Assembly (NCBI GenBank): GCA_051294375.1
Contig: CM119271.1
Location: 13,197,039 to 13,261,038, forward strand
Direction: 5' to 3'
Source of the DNA: Paraspadella gotoi
Taxonomy: Eukaryota; Animalia; Chaetognatha
Length of the DNA stretch: 64,000 nucleotides
The notes beneath the pieces were generated by a model that was not told the origin of the DNA, searched no databases, and worked only from the letters and a program-made list of their open reading frames with translations. A program made the position numbers and the translations under genes. Below are positions 59,966 to 64,000 of this stretch, piece after piece. Numbering within the stretch: the first letter of the stretch is position 1; each line of letters starts with the position of its first letter.

Positions 59966-60919
59966 TGCGGGGAAAAAGGAGAACGGGGGGCACGAGTTGC
60001 GGACGGGGAAAGGGGCGTGTCTTGAGAGGGGGGAGGAGGAAAGGAAAGGAAAGTGAGGTGAAAACTGGGAGACTGGAAAAGAGAAAGGAGAGAGGAAAGA
60101 GAAAGAGAGGAAGAAGGGGAGGAGAAGGGAGGGGAGATTATATTTTTGAGAAGAAATGAGGGAGAGAGAGAGAGAGAGAAGGAAGAGAGAGAGGAGAGAG
60201 AGAGACAGAGAGAGAGAGAAATAAATCAAATGTTGGAGGAGAATTAAAGGGAGAAAAAAATAGGAAAAGGAAAATAGAAGTAAAAAGAAAAGAAAAGAAA
60301 AGAAAAGAAAGAAAAGAAAAGAAAGAAAGAAAAGAAAAGAAAAATAACATAAAAGAAAAGAAAATACAGAAAAGAAAATAACAGGAAAAAAAAGAAAAGA
60401 AAAGAAAAGAAAAGAAAAGAAAAATAAAGAAAAGAAAAGAAAAGAAAAAGAAAAGAAAAGGAAGAAAGAAAAGAAAAGAAAAAAGAATGAAAAATATAAA
60501 AGAAAGGAAAATAGAAGTAAAAAGAAAGAAAAGAAAAGAAAAGAAAGAAAAGAAAAGAAAAGAAAAAAAGAATGAAAAATAAAAAGTAAAGAAAGTGAAA
60601 ATAGAAAAGGAAAATAGAAGTAAAAAGAAAGAAAGAANNNNNNNNNNNNNNNNNNNNNNNNNAAAGAAAAGAAAAGAAAAGAAAAGAAAAGAGAAAAAAG
60701 AAAAAAAAAGAAAAGTAAAGAAAAGGAGGAGAGAAGTCTCTTCGTCCCCAGATTTCTCAAACCTCGGAATTCGATTTATCCAAATTAACGTCACCCTCTC
60801 TTGAATATCAATCTACATTAATTAATATCGTAAATAATAGTTAATATATAAACGACATAAGAAGAGGGAATTTTATTTATTCCTCACCGATGTTCTCAGG
60901 AAAGGCGCACGAGGCCTGG

Positions 60920-60977
<58 letters not shown>

Positions 60978-60980
60978 TCT

Positions 60981-61044
<64 letters not shown>

Positions 61045-61237
61045 CCGCGCGCGCCAACCCTTTCTCAAACTCCTCTTCTTCTCTCCTCTCCGTGTTACGA
61101 GAAAACGGTGCTCGACATTTTTTTCGTTACCGTCGTAATTTGCCCTCGAATTTGATGTGATAGAAATTCGATAACTTTATCTCAAATCCATTGTATATAG
61201 ACAATGTCTATTAGACATATTTCATTGTTACTCTATG

Positions 61238-61818
61238 TACTATCTAGGAAAAAAAGTATATCACATTTTTAATAAAGGATATCTACTCTAAAACTGGTTT
61301 GATTTAAAAAAATCAAAATGTTTCCAAATCTACATTGAATTTTTTTTCAGAAGCTTCCTTCCATTTTTTTGTAGGTCAAATCGTTTAGAAGTTAGGGTCA
61401 AAAAAATATTATTACTTTAAATAAAAAATGTCGAAAAAAATCATATTTAGTTTTCTACAATTTTTTGTTATTTAGTTATTTGTTTTTATTCCGAATAGAG
61501 TTAGTTATTTGTTTTTAATTAATTTGGTAATGCTAAAGGCATTGCACCTTTTCTTAGTTCAAAAAAGTACTATTATAGCTCTGAAAAAAGAGGGAAAGAT
61601 GCGCAACATCAACATCGGGGCTGAAAAGAATTGCATTAAAGATGTAGAAAATATTTCGCTGTCATACCTCAATTTGCTGTATAAGAGCATACCCAGATGA
61701 ATGCAGGCAGTAGTCAATGCCGAGGAAGGGCATACCAAATATTGAGAATATTTTACCCATGTTTTGTATATTTTTTATTGAAATGAATTATGTGTTATAC
61801 TTTTTCCCTAGATACTAG
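61238..61818 (+). mobile_element. Internally deleted Tc1-like transposon remnant
   Basis: TIR-like TATCTAGGAAAAAAAGTATATCACA / TGTGTTATACTTTTTCCCTAGATA; 61645-61745 translates ENISLSYLNLLYKSIPR*MQAVVNAEEGHTKY*, resembling the Tc1 transposase C-terminus (SMP-R--AVI-A-GG-TKY). Confidence 0.8.
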
Positions 61819-63269
61819 TAGTTTATTCAAATGTGCAACTTTTTCAAACATATCAATTAACTCAATGGTTCTTATTCTTATTCATCTTACTTAAATAAAG
61901 CAATTTTACTTTATCATATTATATATTACTCTTTCATAAGGAACTATCCACCTCACCCTCCAATTAGCTATCCAACTAGCTATCCAAATAGCCATCCAAC
62001 TAGCTCCATGAAAACCAACCGAAAAAATACCTAAATCCTTTATCCACGACACTTTTCTAAAATTTTTCTAATTAAACTTTTCTATCTATTCGTTATTCTC
62101 ATTTGCATATTGCAGTGTTGCTTTAGATAATTAGAGCAACATATAAAATTTATTTATATTATAAAAAAACATTTAAAAAGGCGATCTTCCACTAAAACCT
62201 ACATCACTACGACGTGGAACGTGGGAGTTTCGAAAATTGTTAACCGTTTCCGGTAGAGGGCACGACGTAGTTTGTCGCCGGTCTTGATCTACGTGGTAAA
62301 CATGCAGCCGCTAATCTTATGAATTAGTTTCCTTGTGTTTCAATAAATTCAAAAGATGCAGTCACCGGTTCCATTCAAGTTATTTTACTCTGTTGTTGAT
62401 ATCCTTACTGTTATTGTTTTGTGTTAATCGTTCTTCTTTTTTTTTAACTGTTTCCGGTTTTATGATTTTGACATTTGATCCTTGAACGTTCTAAAACGTT
62501 ATTTCTTATAGTTTTTTATAGTAACATTTATTAATCAGTCTTATACACTGTTACTGTTTATGATTATGTTAATACTGTTTTTAGTATTAAAAATTTAAAA
62601 AAAAGGTAGATTCCATATGTTTTTTTACAAAAATTTGAAAATATTAATCATAGCCATATGGACCATATTAGGGTAATATTGAAAAAACAACTAATCATAG
62701 ATTTAGAAAAAGGATTGATTTAACTTCTTATTCGTTACAAGAAACGTTCATAATAAGGATGCAAGGCATTCGAATACAAGGTCAGTTTGTTCTGCGACAA
62801 ATCTCTTTGCACGTTAATATTCTCGCATCCTTCTTTACATTATATTCTATCCGCTCCAAAATAAAAACGGTGTGCTCCTGTGCTTCCCGTTCGTGAGCGA
62901 ATATAAGAAACATACAATGAATTTAATACAGTAGCTTAATAAAAAAAACTGGGGGGGGGGAAATAAAGGGATCCTTTATGTTTTTTTATTTCCCCGGCCA
63001 GCGTTCCGAACTTGACGTTTTTGTATCAAGTGGATTTTGATTTATGTCCAGCTCCTCCTCCTCCTCCTCCTCCTCATCCTCATCCTCGCCGCCGCTTTTA
63101 GAATAAATGCTGTCGTAAACGTTTTACATGGATGCCACGCCCCCTCACCTCCCTGAAGCGGTATTTTCTAGAAGGTTGAGACATCATTATAATTTGTATC
63201 AACCCCACTCTCTCTTCTCCATTTCCTCATTCCATTCTCAGGCGCCGAGGTAACTATCTCTTTAACTCT

Positions 63270-63331
<62 letters not shown>

Positions 63332-63359
63332 CCTCGGTTGGCGCAATCTCGTATCCTTT

Positions 63360-63610
63360 GGCGTCAACTCATTCATTTTTGACGTCAGCTGATGTCATTC
63401 TCATTCATTTTTGACGTCAGCAGATTTCATTCTCATTCTTTATTGACGTCAGCTGATGTCATTCTCATTCTTTCTTGACGTCATGGATTTTTTTTTAACA
63501 AAAAAAAAACCCAAATTTTTTTACGTCATCTTATTCTCATTCTTTCATTCATTCATTCATTCATTCATTCAGTCTTGACATCATCTGATGTCATTGTCAT
63601 TCTTCAATGT
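63360..63610. repeat. 32-bp minisatellite containing TGACGTCA, followed by an (AAAATATA)n tract at ~63638-63765
   Basis: ATTCATTTTTGACGTCAGCTGATGTCATTCTC at 63371, 63403, 63435 and 63467 (partial), plus degenerate copies. Confidence 0.85.
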
Positions 63611-64000
63611 CTCCACGAAATTCATGAATTCAAAACCAATATAAAAATATAAAAATATAAAAATATAAAATATCAAAATATAAAAATATAAAAATATAAA
63701 AATATAAAAATATAAAAATATAAAAATATAAAAATATAAAAATATAAAAATATAAAAATATAAAAATTATCCATTCATTTAATAAATAAGCCATCTTGCC
63801 CCTGACTTTGGACAGGCTTACAAGATAATGACCTAGCAGGTCCCTGCAAGCTTTCAATCAAGATTCTTTCACAGTCGAGTTTATTCACTCCCATTTTTAT
63901 TCTTGTTTTGTAGTTATCATGATTAAAGATTTTTGTTTTTTAGTTTCGTGTAATTATTGGATATAAAAACGTAATCATGCTTTGGACCGTTTTAATAAAT

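Noticed and set aside
58985-60760. 591-aa ORF, and the 346-aa ORF at 58469-59509
   Set aside because: The first is Phe/Ser/Leu low-complexity read-through of TC/TTTTC tracts across an N gap. The second is the noisy inverted copy of the alpha2/delta exon at 51449-52306.
63242-63249. 8-nt microexon-like pattern ttctcAG|GCGCCGAG|GTAACT on +
   Set aside because: No partner exons or gene can be identified on + in this window; it could be chance or belong to a gene outside the window.

Overview
Eukaryotic (metazoan, invertebrate-like) genomic DNA with AT-rich, microsatellite-rich introns and GC/CpG-rich exons. It holds two intron-rich minus-strand genes that I reconstructed exon by exon from GT-AG sites, phase and protein motifs: (1) the 5' part (motor domain) of an unconventional myosin most like class XXII / Drosophila Myo81F (~28.8 kb down to beyond the left edge), and (2) a voltage-gated calcium channel alpha2/delta subunit (~54.5 kb, perhaps ~60-61 kb, down to the stop at 31648). 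About a third of the window consists of indel-ridden direct or inverted second copies of neighbouring segments next to N gaps and (GA)n tracts. These are most likely gap-filling or haplotype assembly artefacts, and they put some myosin exons on the + strand. The most unusual signal is a tandem array in a myosin intron: each unit is a short intron-like sequence plus the first 30 nt (10 codons, phase-symmetric) of the RDAIAKALY exon. Both proteins carry large low-complexity insertions. Mobile DNA includes a 4.46-kb element with ~1-kb TIRs and a 9-bp TSD, a MITE, a Tc1 remnant, tRNA-derived SINEs, a Penelope-type hammerhead palindrome and a ~200-bp dispersed repeat. Family assignments come from recalled motifs, not from database searches.
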